A stretch of 64,000 bases of DNA, from NCBI GenBank assembly GCA_964406895.1, contig CAYOTK010000003.1:9529-73528 (forward strand), read 5' to 3'. Positions 40,356 to 51,131 of this stretch are shown here, piece after piece. The translations under genes were made by a program, and so were the position numbers. Numbering within the stretch: the first letter of the stretch is position 1; each line of letters opens with the position of its first letter. Below the pieces are notes generated by a model. The model saw only the letters and a list, made by a program, of their open reading frames with translations, had not been told where the DNA came from and did no database searches. Origin of the DNA: an uncultured Candidatus Saccharibacteria bacterium (lineage in GTDB: Bacteria > Patescibacteriota > Minisyncoccia > Phycocordibacterales > PALSA-1337).

Positions 40356-41705
40356 TTATTTGTTTTCGAGTTTTGATATGGCGTGCCTGATCCTCTTCAT
40401 TGTCTCTGACTTGCCAAGAATGAAGGCCGATATGAATGGGTCTGGGGATTTGTCCAATCCTGTTATGGCATAGCGCATCGGCCAAAGAACATCACCCTTG
40501 CCTTTCTCTTCTACATAAGCCCACAGTAAAGATTTGATATGATCTGCAGTGAAGGAAATTTCGTCTATTGTCTCTATGGTCTTCAATACGTGAGTGAGGT
40601 GAGTCTTAGCATTATCTATGCTAGGATTTTTCTTCCAGAGAAGTGAGTCTGCACTGTATTCAGGTAACGATTGTATGAATGAAAGTTCTGAGCGACCGGA
40701 AAGAAGCGCACCTATATCCTCAAACGTAGTTATTTTCTCTTTTATAAGAGGAAGAACTCTGTTTAGTAATTCGCGGTCGGAGAGGAGCCAGGTGGGAGAA
40801 AATTTATTAACATAATCAATGAATGAATTTTCAGGGATTTTTGCAATGTATTGTTTGTTGAACCAACGGAGTTTCTCTTCATCGAAAATAGCACCTCCCT
40901 TCTGAACTCTTTCGAGAGTGAATTTCTCTTTGATTTCAGAAAGTGATAAGACTTCCCTGTCGTCTTCTGGATGCCAACCCAAAAGTGACAAATAGTTTAC
41001 GATTGCTTCAGGAAGAAAACCGCGGTCTTTATATTCTGATATTGATTTGGCTCCGTGGCGCTTGGAGAGTTTGGATCTATCAGATGCGAGAAGCAGGGGT
41101 ATGTGAGCGTATCTGGGTATTTCCTGTCCTAGAGCCTCGTATATGAGTATCTGACGTGGTGTATTAGAAATATGGTCTTCACCTCGTATAACATGCGTTA
41201 TTCCCATATCCATATCGTCTATGACGACAGCAAGATGAAAGACAGGTTCTTCTAGTGTTTTGGCTATGACGAAATCACCGAGCTCAGTCGTGTCGAACTC
41301 GACTTTACCTCTTATGATATCCTCGAATGAAACTTTGCGATTGGGATTTTTGAATCTTATAACTGATTGTCTTTTTTCTTTATCATCGCTGGCAATGCCG
41401 TCTTCTTTTGAGACAAAAGCATGACCCGAATCTATGAGTTGCTGAATGTATTTCTTGTAAATCGAAGTGCGTTCAGATTGTCTGTAGAAATGATCATAAT
41501 CCAAACCAAGCCATTTGAGACTCTCTATAATATTGTCTTCATATTCTTTCTTTGATCTGATTTTGTCAGTGTCTTCTATGCGCAATACGAATTCACCGTT
41601 ATTCTGTCTGGCAAAAATATATGAATAAAGAGCAGTTCTATAACTACCAGAATGAAAAAGCCCAGTTGGTGAAGGCGCGAAACGCGTGATAATCTTTTTT
41701 GACAT
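40356..41705 (-). CDS. gltX: glutamyl-tRNA synthetase
   Basis: RFAPSPTGLFHSG HIGH region and KLSKR. Confidence 0.85.
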   Translation of the reverse strand: MSKKIITRFAPSPTGLFHSGSYRTALYSYIFARQNNGEFVLRIEDTDKIRSKKEYEDNIIESLKWLGLDYDHFYRQSERTSIYKKYIQQLIDSGHAFVSKEDGIASDDKEKRQSVIRFKNPNRKVSFEDIIRGKVEFDTTELGDFVIAKTLEEPVFHLAVVIDDMDMGITHVIRGEDHISNTPRQILIYEALGQEIPRYAHIPLLLASDRSKLSKRHGAKSISEYKDRGFLPEAIVNYLSLLGWHPEDDREVLSLSEIKEKFTLERVQKGGAIFDEEKLRWFNKQYIAKIPENSFIDYVNKFSPTWLLSDRELLNRVLPLIKEKITTFEDIGALLSGRSELSFIQSLPEYSADSLLWKKNPSIDNAKTHLTHVLKTIETIDEISFTADHIKSLLWAYVEEKGKGDVLWPMRYAITGLDKSPDPFISAFILGKSETMKRIRHAISKLENK

Positions 41706-41731
41706 GAAGATATTATAGCTTAATTTGTAAA

Positions 41732-41761
41732 CAAAAACAGCCTCGGGTGAGGCTGTTTTTG
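41732..41761. terminator. bidirectional rho-independent terminator
   Basis: aaaaa-cagcctc-gggt-gaggctg-ttttt. Confidence 0.55.
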
Positions 41762-41772
41762 CGAGGCGAATA

Positions 41773-42279
41773 TTAGCCTTTTATGTCGATCGTTGCTTCA
41801 GAAGTTGCCTTGAAGACTTTCATAATAACCTTACCACTTGAATCTTTCATTTCTAGATCTTTGGTTGCGTCGAATTTCTTGTCACCATCATCAGCATGCA
41901 ATACAGCATAGTATGTACTACCATCAACTGTTGGTGATGTTAGTGTTACTTTGCCCGGAGCTATACCTTTGTCGAAGTATGCTGTGCCAAGAACTGCGCC
42001 TGGTTTGCCAGCATTGTCTTTGTGTATAACCACAAATCCTGGTTGCTCAAGAGCAACTGAAGAAAGATAAACAATGTTGCCTGGATATTGATCTGTCATA
42101 ACAATGCGATTTGCACTGTTCGTTGTTTCAGTTGGAGCAGGAGTATTATCGACTACTGGCTCTACTGGGCTGCTCTTCTTGCCGAATACCATGACACCTA
42201 TAATAATAAGTGCAATGATGACTATGATAGTAACGACCCACTGCCACATTTTGACGCCATTTGATACGTTAGGTTCCAT
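41773..42279 (-). CDS. hypothetical membrane-anchored protein
   Basis: 168 aa. N-terminal TM, then a Pro/Thr linker, then a beta-rich domain. Confidence 0.45.
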   Translation of the reverse strand: MEPNVSNGVKMWQWVVTIIVIIALIIIGVMVFGKKSSPVEPVVDNTPAPTETTNSANRIVMTDQYPGNIVYLSSVALEQPGFVVIHKDNAGKPGAVLGTAYFDKGIAPGKVTLTSPTVDGSTYYAVLHADDGDKKFDATKDLEMKDSSGKVIMKVFKATSEATIDIKG

Positions 42280-42339
42280 ATATAATGTTATTAAGTACTA
42301 ATAAAAGTCGACTTTGTTTTAGATCTCTATTGTAGCATA

Positions 42340-43467
42340 TTACTCATAATGTTCCAAGGCAGTATTCAATATGGCATCAGCTATAATATTGGCACTATCT
42401 AAGCGAGAAAAAGCCTTTGCTTTGTCACGCATTGTCTGTCTAATAGTAGGAGAAGTGACAATGCGGTCAATTTCTTCTATGAGAACGTGAGAACTCAAAT
42501 TGTTTTCTTCTATAACAACAGCAGCGCCACTTTTCGCATAGGCAAAAGCATTGGCTGTCTGGTCATGACTAATAGTATTTGGTAATGGAATAATGATAGA
42601 AGGCAAACCCCATGCCGCAATTTCAAATATAGTCGAACCAGCTCTCGAAACGACTATTTCTGCTGTTCCTGCAGACATTCTGAGTGCCAATTCATTCAGG
42701 AAATCATAAGGATGATAACGATATGAATATGGGTGATCTTTCAGAACCACAGACATGGTATTTTGAGTTTCCTCGAAGTTATTCTTGCCTGTCTGATGAA
42801 TGATTTGATATCTGTTCAATAATTCAGGTGCTGATTCTATGATAATATCGTTAATCATTTTGGATCCTTGTGAGCCACCCAAAATCAAAATTGTAGGTAC
42901 GTTATTTTCGAGTTTCAAGAATTCTATAGCACCATTAGATAGAGGCTCAGTTATTTCTTTGCGAATAGGATTGCCGGTCAAAGCGACTTTATCCTGTTTG
43001 AAATATTTAGATGCTTCAGGATAAGAGATGGCAACTTTCTTGGCGAATTTGCCGGCCCAGAGATTGACTCTACCAGGTTTGCTGTCTGATTCGTGTATGA
43101 TAACAGGAATATGCAGAATCTTTGCAGCAAACAAAGCGGGGAAACTGACATAACCACCCTTTCCAAATACAACATCTGGGAAAATTCTATACATTTGTAT
43201 TAATGCCCATAGACATCCATATATAGTCCTGAATATGTCGAAGAAATTGAGTATCGAGAAATATCTGCGCATCTTCCCTGCTGGCACTTTGAGGAATTGC
43301 AGTTCACTATCGAAGACGGCACGCGGATTGTATTTGGACGGAGCCATGTAGTATAACTGCGGCGGAATAATTTTCCGGTCAGTTACACGCTGACGTAATG
43401 CATTTGCAACTGCAATAATAGGATAGAAATGTCCGCCTGTTCCTCCGCCTGTGAATAATATTTTCAT
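42340..43467 (-). CDS. murG: UDP-N-acetylglucosamine--N-acetylmuramyl-(pentapeptide) pyrophosphoryl-undecaprenol N-acetylglucosamine transferase
   Basis: MKILFTGGGTGGHFYPIIAV... N-terminus, typical of MurG. Confidence 0.9.
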   Translation of the reverse strand: MKILFTGGGTGGHFYPIIAVANALRQRVTDRKIIPPQLYYMAPSKYNPRAVFDSELQFLKVPAGKMRRYFSILNFFDIFRTIYGCLWALIQMYRIFPDVVFGKGGYVSFPALFAAKILHIPVIIHESDSKPGRVNLWAGKFAKKVAISYPEASKYFKQDKVALTGNPIRKEITEPLSNGAIEFLKLENNVPTILILGGSQGSKMINDIIIESAPELLNRYQIIHQTGKNNFEETQNTMSVVLKDHPYSYRYHPYDFLNELALRMSAGTAEIVVSRAGSTIFEIAAWGLPSIIIPLPNTISHDQTANAFAYAKSGAAVVIEENNLSSHVLIEEIDRIVTSPTIRQTMRDKAKAFSRLDSANIIADAILNTALEHYE

Positions 43468-43478
43468 ATAATTTGAAT

Positions 43479-44573
43479 TTAACTTTCTCTAGATACATTC
43501 CCTATCATTCCTGCTGCGCCCAAAGTTACAATGAGTGCTGTACCTCCATGACTTACGAATAAAAGCGGAATACCCGATAAAGGTAATAGTCCTAGCATAG
43601 CTGAAATGTTCATGAATGATTCTGTGACAATAAGTATAGCAATTCCGATTGCTAATAGTCCACCAAATAGGTCTTTGGATCTTGTGCCTATCCTGAAGCA
43701 ACTTATAGCAAATATGATGTACAGAGAAATAAGTATAATGCTACCAATGAAACCGAATTCTTCTGCTGCAACAGCGAAAACTGAATCATCGGTCGGTTGA
43801 GGTAAATAGCCGAATTTCTGTATACTTTGACCGAATCCCCTACCGGCTATTTGTCCTGATCCTATAGCGATAAGTGATTGATTGATTTGATATCCTGCGC
43901 CTTGCGCATCGCCACCTCTGTGTAAGAAAGTCATGAATCTTTGCTTCGCATAAGGCCTGAAATATATTACACCGCCCACAACTACAGCCATGATAAGCAA
44001 AGAAATCAAGAAATGTCGTATGGGTAAACCCGCCACTAGTAACATGACCATACCCGTAAATCCAATTATAACCAGAGTATCGGTATCTGATTGAGCAAGT
44101 AGAAGAAATGTAAGCAATATCATAATTGCCACATAAGGTAATAATCCGAATTTCATCATTTTGATCTTGTCTTTTACAAAATGTGCCCAAGCGGCAACAT
44201 AAATAATAAAAGCAATTTTCATGAATTCACTTGGCTGGAATGATAGCGGACCTACATTGATCCATCTAGATGCTCCGCCGTGGTAGAGGGCAATTCCTGG
44301 GAAGAATAAAAGAAGATTAGCTATGACAGCTCCGAGTAAAATAAAAAATGCCAATTTCCTGAGCAAGTTGTGATTGATTCTCGAAAAAATGAAGAACATT
44401 ATGATGCCGAGTATCAGACTGATTGTTTGTTTCATCGCTACTGTGCCAAAACTTACCCCGTCTTGAGCTAAGAGACCTAGAGATGCAGATAGAAATACTA
44501 TGAAACCTGTAATAGTTAGTGTAATAACAGAAAAAAGAAAAAGTCTGTCAATTTTTTTTGCTTTCGTCGACAT
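43479..44573 (-). CDS. ftsW: SEDS-family peptidoglycan glycosyltransferase FtsW/RodA
   Basis: 364 aa with about 10 TM helices, immediately upstream of murG. Confidence 0.85.
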   Translation of the reverse strand: MSTKAKKIDRLFLFSVITLTITGFIVFLSASLGLLAQDGVSFGTVAMKQTISLILGIIMFFIFSRINHNLLRKLAFFILLGAVIANLLLFFPGIALYHGGASRWINVGPLSFQPSEFMKIAFIIYVAAWAHFVKDKIKMMKFGLLPYVAIMILLTFLLLAQSDTDTLVIIGFTGMVMLLVAGLPIRHFLISLLIMAVVVGGVIYFRPYAKQRFMTFLHRGGDAQGAGYQINQSLIAIGSGQIAGRGFGQSIQKFGYLPQPTDDSVFAVAAEEFGFIGSIILISLYIIFAISCFRIGTRSKDLFGGLLAIGIAILIVTESFMNISAMLGLLPLSGIPLLFVSHGGTALIVTLGAAGMIGNVSRES

Positions 44574-45151
44574 TATGATTTTTCTTTGTTTATAGGATCA
44601 GAATTGTTGGATTTCTCTATCGCAGAATTTTTGAATGAATCAATTTCTTGTCTAACTTTTTCGAATTCTGGTATGTCTGAAATGTTATTCACGCCAAGGT
44701 GAGCCAATAATTGCAATGTGGGTTTGTATAAGAAGCTACGCATGTCTTTGGGATTGTCTACTCTCTCTATCAAACCGCGTATTGATAAGTTGCGGATTAT
44801 GAATTGTGAATTTACACCACGTATATAATCAATATCTGCACGGGAAATTGGTCCTTGATATAGGATGATTGAAAGTGTTTCCAACCCCGCTTTACCCAAG
44901 TCGCGTATTAGTTCTTCTTTGGTTAGTTTCTCAATGAGAGGTGAAAGTTCTTTCGCTGTACCCAACATCACATCGCTGTCAGTTTGCACTAATGTCAGCC
45001 CTCTGTTATTCAGGTTGTTTTGCAATTCATCCAAGCCTTTTTTAATTGATTCACTGTCGCATTCTAGGAATTTGGCTAGTTTTTCTATTGATACAGGCTC
45101 TGCTTTCCAAAACAATATAGCTTCGATTTTTTGAGAAAGATTCGTATTCAT
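44573..45151 (-). CDS. scpB: segregation and condensation protein B
   Basis: Winged-helix ScpB region (IEAILFWKAEPVS). Confidence 0.85.
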   Translation of the reverse strand: MNTNLSQKIEAILFWKAEPVSIEKLAKFLECDSESIKKGLDELQNNLNNRGLTLVQTDSDVMLGTAKELSPLIEKLTKEELIRDLGKAGLETLSIILYQGPISRADIDYIRGVNSQFIIRNLSIRGLIERVDNPKDMRSFLYKPTLQLLAHLGVNNISDIPEFEKVRQEIDSFKNSAIEKSNNSDPINKEKS

Positions 45152-45202
45152 GTCTGAATTATAACTTATAGAAGTCGGACCTCCAAGAGGTTGAACCTCG
45201 TA

Positions 45203-45934
45203 CTAATATCTTGGCACTCCCACCTCTTTTGTCTCCATTTGAATATCTCCGAATGTTGATTCTTGCTGAACATGGAGAATGCCATTTTTGACTAATTCAA
45301 GCATAGCCAAAAAACTGACAATAACGTGAACGCGATTCTCACGATTTTCTCGAGTAAATTCTTTGAAACTCATTCTTATATGACTAGTGATTCTATTCGA
45401 TAGAGTATTTATCATCTCTTCCAAACTCATTACTTTCTGAATAACCTTGTTTGGTATCTTCTCATTTTTTGGTAAACGGATTATGAGATCTTTGAGTAAT
45501 TGCAAAGCCTTGTTCAGTGTAAATTCAGGGTCTGGAGTGAATACGGGTTCTGTCTTGCGCATTTGTGATTGCTCAAATATTATATTTTGTCCGAATATTT
45601 CACTTATTTTCAAACTGGCTTGTTTGATGACTTTATAAATCTTAAGGCGAGTTTCTAGATCTTTGATGTTGCTCTCTTCTTCGTCGGTTAGACTTAATTC
45701 AGGTAAAAGAGATTTTGATTTTATGAGAAGTAATGTAGACGCTATCAAAATGAAATGAGCTGACTCACCCATCGGAATATTTGAAAACTGTTTTATATGT
45801 TCGATGAAATCATCAGTAACTTTGGCTAACGAAATATCATTTATGAATAATTTTCTTTTCTCGATTAGTTCGAGAAGTAATTCTAGCGGTCCCTCGAAAG
45901 ATTGTGTCTTTATTGTAAATGACATTTTTATCAA
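45203..45934 (-). CDS. scpA: segregation and condensation protein A
   Basis: FEGPLELLLELIEKRKL ScpA N-terminus. Confidence 0.85.
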   Translation of the reverse strand: MIKMSFTIKTQSFEGPLELLLELIEKRKLFINDISLAKVTDDFIEHIKQFSNIPMGESAHFILIASTLLLIKSKSLLPELSLTDEEESNIKDLETRLKIYKVIKQASLKISEIFGQNIIFEQSQMRKTEPVFTPDPEFTLNKALQLLKDLIIRLPKNEKIPNKVIQKVMSLEEMINTLSNRITSHIRMSFKEFTRENRENRVHVIVSFLAMLELVKNGILHVQQESTFGDIQMETKEVGVPRY

Positions 45935-45937
45935 GGA

Positions 45938-46888
45938 TTAACCTCGAACGCCGATTTTAGTTTTGATTTCGGCTAGTTTCGCATCTGCAATCTTTCTTGC
46001 TTGTTCGGCACCTCTTTCTAATGTTTTGGTTAACATTTTCTCATCTCCGGCATATTTTGTGCGTGTCTCGCGGAGTGGTTTGATGAAAGCGTCTATATCT
46101 TCGATCAACGCCTCCTTCAAGACTTTGTATTTGCCTACATTTGCATCGTAGAGATTCTTGAGTTCGATCTCATTCTTGAAAAGTTTATGGATATTGTAAA
46201 CATTGGTCGGTACTCCTGTACCTGAATCAGTGACTATACTCATGACGGCAGAAATAATTTCTTCTCTACTCGCGAAAAGCGGTATGGTGTTGTTATAACT
46301 CTTGGACATTTTGCGACCATCGATTCCTGGTACAGTAGCAACATTTTCAAGAATTAATTCTTCGGGTAATTTGAAAGTTTCGCCAAAAATATTATTGAAT
46401 TTTTGAGCAATATCTCGGGCATACTCAACATGTTGTTTTTGATCCTGTCCTACAGGCACGATGTCTGTGTCGTAAAGTAAAATATCGGCGCTCATAAGGA
46501 CCGGATAATTGAATGTGCCTACGTTGATCTCTTTGTTTTTGGCTTCTGCGTCTTTGTAAGCATGCGCACGCATAAGGTATGGCATAGTAACTATGGTGTC
46601 GAAAATCCAAGCGAGCTCTGTATGTGCGTAGACATCTGATTGTTTGAATATTATAGATTTGTCTGGATCCATGCCAAGCGCCAAATAGTCTGCTAATAAG
46701 TCATATGTGAGCTGTCTCATTTCTGTGCCATTTTGGATCAAGTTGAGCGCATGATAGTCCGCAATCATAAAAAGACAATCGTACTTGCCAGAATTTTGTA
46801 ATTCGACGAATTGCCTTATAGCGCCGAAGTAGTTACCGATGTGCGGGCGCCCCGTGGGTTTGACTCCGGATAATAGTATTTTATTCAT
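45938..46888 (-). CDS. trpS: tryptophanyl-tRNA synthetase
   Basis: SGVKPTGRPHIGNY HIGH region and KMSKS. Confidence 0.9.
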   Translation of the reverse strand: MNKILLSGVKPTGRPHIGNYFGAIRQFVELQNSGKYDCLFMIADYHALNLIQNGTEMRQLTYDLLADYLALGMDPDKSIIFKQSDVYAHTELAWIFDTIVTMPYLMRAHAYKDAEAKNKEINVGTFNYPVLMSADILLYDTDIVPVGQDQKQHVEYARDIAQKFNNIFGETFKLPEELILENVATVPGIDGRKMSKSYNNTIPLFASREEIISAVMSIVTDSGTGVPTNVYNIHKLFKNEIELKNLYDANVGKYKVLKEALIEDIDAFIKPLRETRTKYAGDEKMLTKTLERGAEQARKIADAKLAEIKTKIGVRG

Positions 46889-46950
46889 GCGGTAATTATA
46901 ACAAATAAGGTTAAAGGGTAAAAGGTAACTTTGAGTTTTAAGCTAATATG

Positions 46951-47850
46951 CTAAATCCCTTCTTTCTTCAGCTCCTCAATCAACCTCTGCGCCTCACGCG
47001 ACAACTTCCTTGGCATTTCAACCTTCGTGACTATAAGAAGATCCCCTCTCCTACCGTCTTCTGTCATCACACCTTTCTTTTTGATTCGAAGAATTTCATT
47101 ATGAGTCGTGCCTTGAGGAATTTTGAGCTCAATCTTGCCATCTATCGTTTCAAAATCGATTGTGCCTCCTGTGAGAGCGAGAGTTAATTTTACTGGAAGT
47201 TCCGTAATGAGATTGTAACCTTCTTTCCTGAAATGTGGATGTGGCGCAACCCAAACTCTGACTATGAGATCTCCGCGCCCACCTTCACCCTGCTCTCCTC
47301 TGCCACTAATTCGCAAACCTTGTCCATCTTCTATTCCTGGAGGAATCTTAATGGCCAAATTTTCTTTGCCACCTATAGAAATGTCTTTCTCAACACCAAA
47401 AACAGATTCCTTGAATGAAATATTTATATCTATAGTTATGTTCTTACCTTTTCTCGGTCTCTTGGTCCTACCTTGACCGAAAAAGTCGCTGAAAATATCT
47501 CCGAGGTCAAACTCTACACCCTGACCACCACCGAAATTCGAAAAATCAAAATGAAATCCTTGACCATTACCAGTATTGAAACCTTGGAAACCGTTGAAGC
47601 CCTGACCGAAACCGCCTTGATAGTTTGCTCCTCCTGCCCCCGCAGACCCAAACATGTCATATTGCTTACGTTTTTCATCATCAGAAAGGACAGAGTAAGC
47701 TTCGCTAGCTTCTTTGAATTTCTTCTCTGCCTCGGCGTTGCCCTTATTTTTGTCTGGATGAAATTCATGGGCAAGCTTACGAAATGCTTTCTTGATGTCA
47801 TCTTTCGATGCGTTTTTTTCTAGTCCTAGTGTTTTGTAATAATCTTTCAT
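46951..47850 (-). CDS. dnaJ: DnaJ-class chaperone without a zinc finger (type II/CbpA-like)
   Basis: J-domain with HPD, a G/F-rich region and a C-terminal substrate-binding domain. There are no CxxCxGxG repeats. Confidence 0.8.
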   Translation of the reverse strand: MKDYYKTLGLEKNASKDDIKKAFRKLAHEFHPDKNKGNAEAEKKFKEASEAYSVLSDDEKRKQYDMFGSAGAGGANYQGGFGQGFNGFQGFNTGNGQGFHFDFSNFGGGQGVEFDLGDIFSDFFGQGRTKRPRKGKNITIDINISFKESVFGVEKDISIGGKENLAIKIPPGIEDGQGLRISGRGEQGEGGRGDLIVRVWVAPHPHFRKEGYNLITELPVKLTLALTGGTIDFETIDGKIELKIPQGTTHNEILRIKKKGVMTEDGRRGDLLIVTKVEMPRKLSREAQRLIEELKKEGI

Positions 47851-47883
47851 GATTTTAATTTAATACAATTTTTACCTCTTCAC

Positions 47884-47908
47884 TGGCCGATCGATTTGAC
47901 CGGCCAGT
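47884..47908. promoter_or_regulatory. intergenic hairpin between dnaK and dnaJ (attenuator or processing-site candidate)
   Basis: ctggccg-atcgatttga-ccggccag. No T-run follows on the coding (minus) strand. Confidence 0.3.
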
Positions 47909-47924
47909 TCTGAGATAAAACTAA

Positions 47925-49847
47925 CTATTTCTTCTCCTTGAATTCAGCATCTTTTACATTTCCATCACCTCCATTACCACTATCAGTACTACCTCCATTA
48001 GCCGATGCGCCACTTTGATTATTGGTGTTTGGAGCTTGATTATTCTGATTCATATACTGACCAATCTTTTGAATCTCCGCCGACAACGCTTCTGTCGCTG
48101 TCTTCAATGTGTTGATATCTGGTGTTGCCATATCCTTCGCTGTCTTAAGCGCTGTGACCTTCTCCTCAATGTTTTTCTTGAGATCAGCAGGTACTTTGTC
48201 GCCCGCCTCCTTCAAGGCCTTCTCTGAGGTGTATACGAGTTGCTCAGCAATATTCTTGGCCTCGACTATATCTCTCTTGGCCTTGTCATCGGCTTCATGG
48301 GTAGCAGCCTCCTGTTTCATCTTCTCGACTTCGTCTTTCGATAGTCCTGAAGAAGCAGTGATCTTGATAGAATTGGCCTTTCCTGTTGCTTTGTCTTTTG
48401 CTGTCACACTCAATATACCGTTTGCATCGACATCGAATGATACTTCGATCTGAGGCATGCCTCTTGGTGCTGGTGGAATACCGTCTAGTATAAATCTGCC
48501 TAGAGACTTATTGTCCGCGGACATTGCGCGTTCACCTTGAGTAATGTGTATCTCTACTGAAGTTTGATTGTCGGATGCTGTAGAGAATATTTGAGAGCGT
48601 TGGGTAGGAACAGTTGTATTTTTCTCAATGAGCTTCGTCGCAACTCCACCCATTGTTTCTATACCGAGAGAAAGTGGTATAACGTCGAGAAGTAATACGT
48701 CTTTGACGTCTCCCGCCAATATACCTCCTTGTATCGCCGCGCCCACCGCAACCACCTCGTCGGGATTCACTCCCATGTGAGGATCTCTACCGAAAAACTG
48801 TTTGACTGCATTTTGCATAGCTGGCATACGTGTTTGACCACCAACTAGGATGACTTCATTAAGTTCATTTACCTTGAATGGGGACGCACCCATGGCGCGC
48901 TTTGTGATCTCAATTGCTCGGTCTATGAATTCCTGAGTAATTTCTTCGAGTTTAGCTCTAGTCATAGTTATGAGTAGATGCTTTGGTCCATCTGATCCAG
49001 AAGTGATGAATGGTATGTTGATTTCCGTTTGAACTGCAGTAGAAAGTTCGATCTTTGCTTTCTCTGCTGCTTCATCTAGTCTCTGTAAAGCAAGAGGATC
49101 TTTGCGCAAATCTATGCCATTTTCTTTCTGGAATTGATCTGCTATCCAGTGCAATATCTTCTGGTCTATATCACGACCACCGAGGTGAGCGTCTCCGTCT
49201 GTGGACTTCACTTCTATGACATCGTCCGCTACTTCTAGGATGGAAATGTCGAATGTTCCACCACCGAAGTCGAAGACTGCAATCTTCTCATTTTTCTTCT
49301 TGTTGAAACCATAGGCGAGAGCTGCCGCTGTTGGCTCATTGATAATGCGCTTCACTTCTAGGCCTGCGATCTTACCTGCATCGCGAGTTGCTTGTCTCTG
49401 TGAGTCATTGAAGTATGCCGGAACAGTGATAACTGCCTCGGTTATCTTCTCGCCCAAACGTGCCTCCGCGTCATTCTTGAGCTTGGTAAGTATCATGGCT
49501 GAGATTTCTTCTGGTCTATACCATTTGCCTGACATGTTCACTTCTACTCCACCGTTTGCGGCTTTGCGAGTTTCGAATGGTACAGACTTTGCGTCTTTCT
49601 GGACTCCTTCTTCATCGAAAGTGTGTCCGATGAATCTCTTGATCTGGAATATTGTATTCTTCGGATTCGTAACCGCTTGTCTGCGCGCCAAAAGGCCGAC
49701 GATCCTCTCGCCTGTTTTTGACTGTGCAACTATAGAAGGTGTTGTTCGTGCACCTTCACTGTTCTCTAGGACTCTCGGAGTACCCGCTTCCATCACTGCG
49801 ACGGCGCTGTTGGTAGTTCCAAGGTCGATACCTATGATTTTGGACAT
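47925..49847 (-). CDS. dnaK: molecular chaperone DnaK (Hsp70)
   Basis: [15 protein letters not shown]...; 640 aa. Confidence 0.95.
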   Translation of the reverse strand: MSKIIGIDLGTTNSAVAVMEAGTPRVLENSEGARTTPSIVAQSKTGERIVGLLARRQAVTNPKNTIFQIKRFIGHTFDEEGVQKDAKSVPFETRKAANGGVEVNMSGKWYRPEEISAMILTKLKNDAEARLGEKITEAVITVPAYFNDSQRQATRDAGKIAGLEVKRIINEPTAAALAYGFNKKKNEKIAVFDFGGGTFDISILEVADDVIEVKSTDGDAHLGGRDIDQKILHWIADQFQKENGIDLRKDPLALQRLDEAAEKAKIELSTAVQTEINIPFITSGSDGPKHLLITMTRAKLEEITQEFIDRAIEITKRAMGASPFKVNELNEVILVGGQTRMPAMQNAVKQFFGRDPHMGVNPDEVVAVGAAIQGGILAGDVKDVLLLDVIPLSLGIETMGGVATKLIEKNTTVPTQRSQIFSTASDNQTSVEIHITQGERAMSADNKSLGRFILDGIPPAPRGMPQIEVSFDVDANGILSVTAKDKATGKANSIKITASSGLSKDEVEKMKQEAATHEADDKAKRDIVEAKNIAEQLVYTSEKALKEAGDKVPADLKKNIEEKVTALKTAKDMATPDINTLKTATEALSAEIQKIGQYMNQNNQAPNTNNQSGASANGGSTDSGNGGDGNVKDAEFKEKK

Positions 49848-49878
49848 GGTTGTTAATGATTAAGTTTTTAAATTTATA

Positions 49879-49914
49879 TTGACAACTAATAGTTATTGAC
49901 TTACAATTGTGTTG
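49879..49914 (+). promoter_or_regulatory. consensus sigma70-type promoter
   Basis: TTGACA-N17-TACAAT. Confidence 0.5.
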
Positions 49915-49935
49915 AACCCTAAACCAACTGATCAC

Positions 49936-50073
49936 ATGATTGCCACGATATTGGCCGATCTCCTTTCAAATCCCTTCGTATATCTGGAAGCGTTCATAGT
50001 TGGGGCGCTGATCTGGACGCTCATGGGCTTCCCCGAATTTTGGACGCGCAAGTTCTGGGATCGCAAATCATAG
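49936..50073 (+). CDS. 45-aa hydrophobic peptide in a high-GC island
   Basis: MIATILADLLSNPFVYLEAFIVGALIWTLMGFPEFWTRKFWDRKS. A promoter lies upstream and a terminator downstream. Below the ORF-track cutoff. Confidence 0.35.
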   Translation: MIATILADLLSNPFVYLEAFIVGALIWTLMGFPEFWTRKFWDRKS

Positions 50074-50097
50074 CGCGTCTTGTCCCATTTCACTCGT

Positions 50098-50133
50098 CCG
50101 ACTGGCGTCATGCTGGTCGGGCGGCTTTTTTTT
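50098..50133 (+). terminator. rho-independent terminator
   Basis: ccgactggc-gtcat-gctggtcgg followed by gcggcttttttttt. Confidence 0.45.
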
Positions 50134-50217
50134 ACAACGAACTTACTAATCCACAAAGTTCTATCTCGCAAAGTTGATCCTTGAATTTATCTTATTTTTC
50201 CTAATTATTTCCAACAT

Positions 50218-50253
50218 TGACAAATAGGGTCAAATAATGCTATAATGCTTGCA
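50218..50253 (+). promoter_or_regulatory. consensus sigma70-type promoter
   Basis: TTGACA-N18-TATAAT. Confidence 0.5.
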
Positions 50254-50351
50254 GTTTTAACATCGCTCTTTGACCAAAATGTAGACTGCGGAAGTGAGGG
50301 TAACGAGGCAACGACGTCTCGCATCTTCACAAACCGCGGTTTACCAAACTT

Positions 50352-50603
50352 ATGGAAACTTTACTGTCGATTTTGTCTCTGAGTTTCATTCTCTTTGTGG
50401 CTTTATTCGGCTCTGTCACCGGATTTTGTCGCTGTGCGAAGTGCAAGAGTTGGAATGTCAGGTACCGAGTTGGTCGGAGTTTCGATAACCACCATCCCGA
50501 TCACTACTGGAGGAGTGAATATTTCTTGTGCAAAAAATGTGGGACGGAAACTCAGATCAGCCATAGTCTGGAAAGACAAAGCGACTCCCCATTTTTTGAT
50601 TGA
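50352..50603 (+). CDS. 83-aa protein with an N-terminal TM and a 4-Cys zinc-ribbon-like region
   Basis: CRCAKC...CKKC spacing, in a high-GC island. A terminator lies at 50638-50665. Confidence 0.4.
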   Translation: METLLSILSLSFILFVALFGSVTGFCRCAKCKSWNVRYRVGRSFDNHHPDHYWRSEYFLCKKCGTETQISHSLERQSDSPFFD

Positions 50604-50637
50604 GATCGCCCACTTTCAGGGCAGAATGTAACTCCGA

Positions 50638-50665
50638 AGCCGTGCGCAAGTGCGGCTTTTGTTTT
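50638..50665 (+). terminator. rho-independent terminator
   Basis: agccgtgc-gcaa-gtgcggct followed by tttgtttt. Confidence 0.4.
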
Positions 50666-50701
50666 ACCTTATTTGTCATTTCAATGAACTTACCAATCCA
50701 C

Positions 50702-50735
50702 GAGGTCGGACCTCTAAAAGGTCCGACCTAAAAAA
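50702..50735. repeat. palindromic repeat element copy 2 (GGTCGGACC-tctaaaa-GGTCCGACC)
   Basis: Near-identical to the copy at 397-429. It lies just 3' of an island ORF terminator, as copy 1 does. Confidence 0.55.
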
Positions 50736-50799
50736 TTAGAAAGCAGGCGCTCTTATTTTTATATTAGTTAAAAGATAAAGTGAAGAATAAGGAGAAACT

Positions 50800-50943
50800 A
50801 TGTCACTTGTATCAAACCAAGAAATGTCAGTTGTATTTGAAATACATGTAGGACAAGGTAATGAGAAACGATTGACTTTGTTTTGTGCGGTTGAACATGG
50901 ATCTGCCTTGAGCGATATGACTGGCTCTATGGAAAGAATATGA
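50800..50943 (+). CDS. 47-aa ORF with a strong Shine-Dalgarno, in an AT-rich segment
   Basis: AAGGAG 7 nt before the ATG. It overlaps the next ORF by ATGA. Confidence 0.3.
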   Translation: MSLVSNQEMSVVFEIHVGQGNEKRLTLFCAVEHGSALSDMTGSMERI

Positions 50944-51131
50944 CCCTTGAGTACGCCGTCGATCTCATAGACTTCGAATCTGACACGCACCAAAGAGCCG
51001 TTGTTATCTGTAACAACTCTGGTGAATATTCCCTTCTGGTTTATATTAGAAATACTGAGCATGTTCTCATTTTACTAGAATGTGGGCGGAGGTCAAGTCA
51101 ATTTATACAAAATCCCCGACCGATCGGTTGA
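50940..51131 (+). CDS. 63-aa ORF translationally coupled to the previous ORF
   Basis: ATGA overlap. It ends inside a GC-rich hairpin. Confidence 0.3.
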   Translation: MTLEYAVDLIDFESDTHQRAVVICNNSGEYSLLVYIRNTEHVLILLECGRRSSQFIQNPRPIG

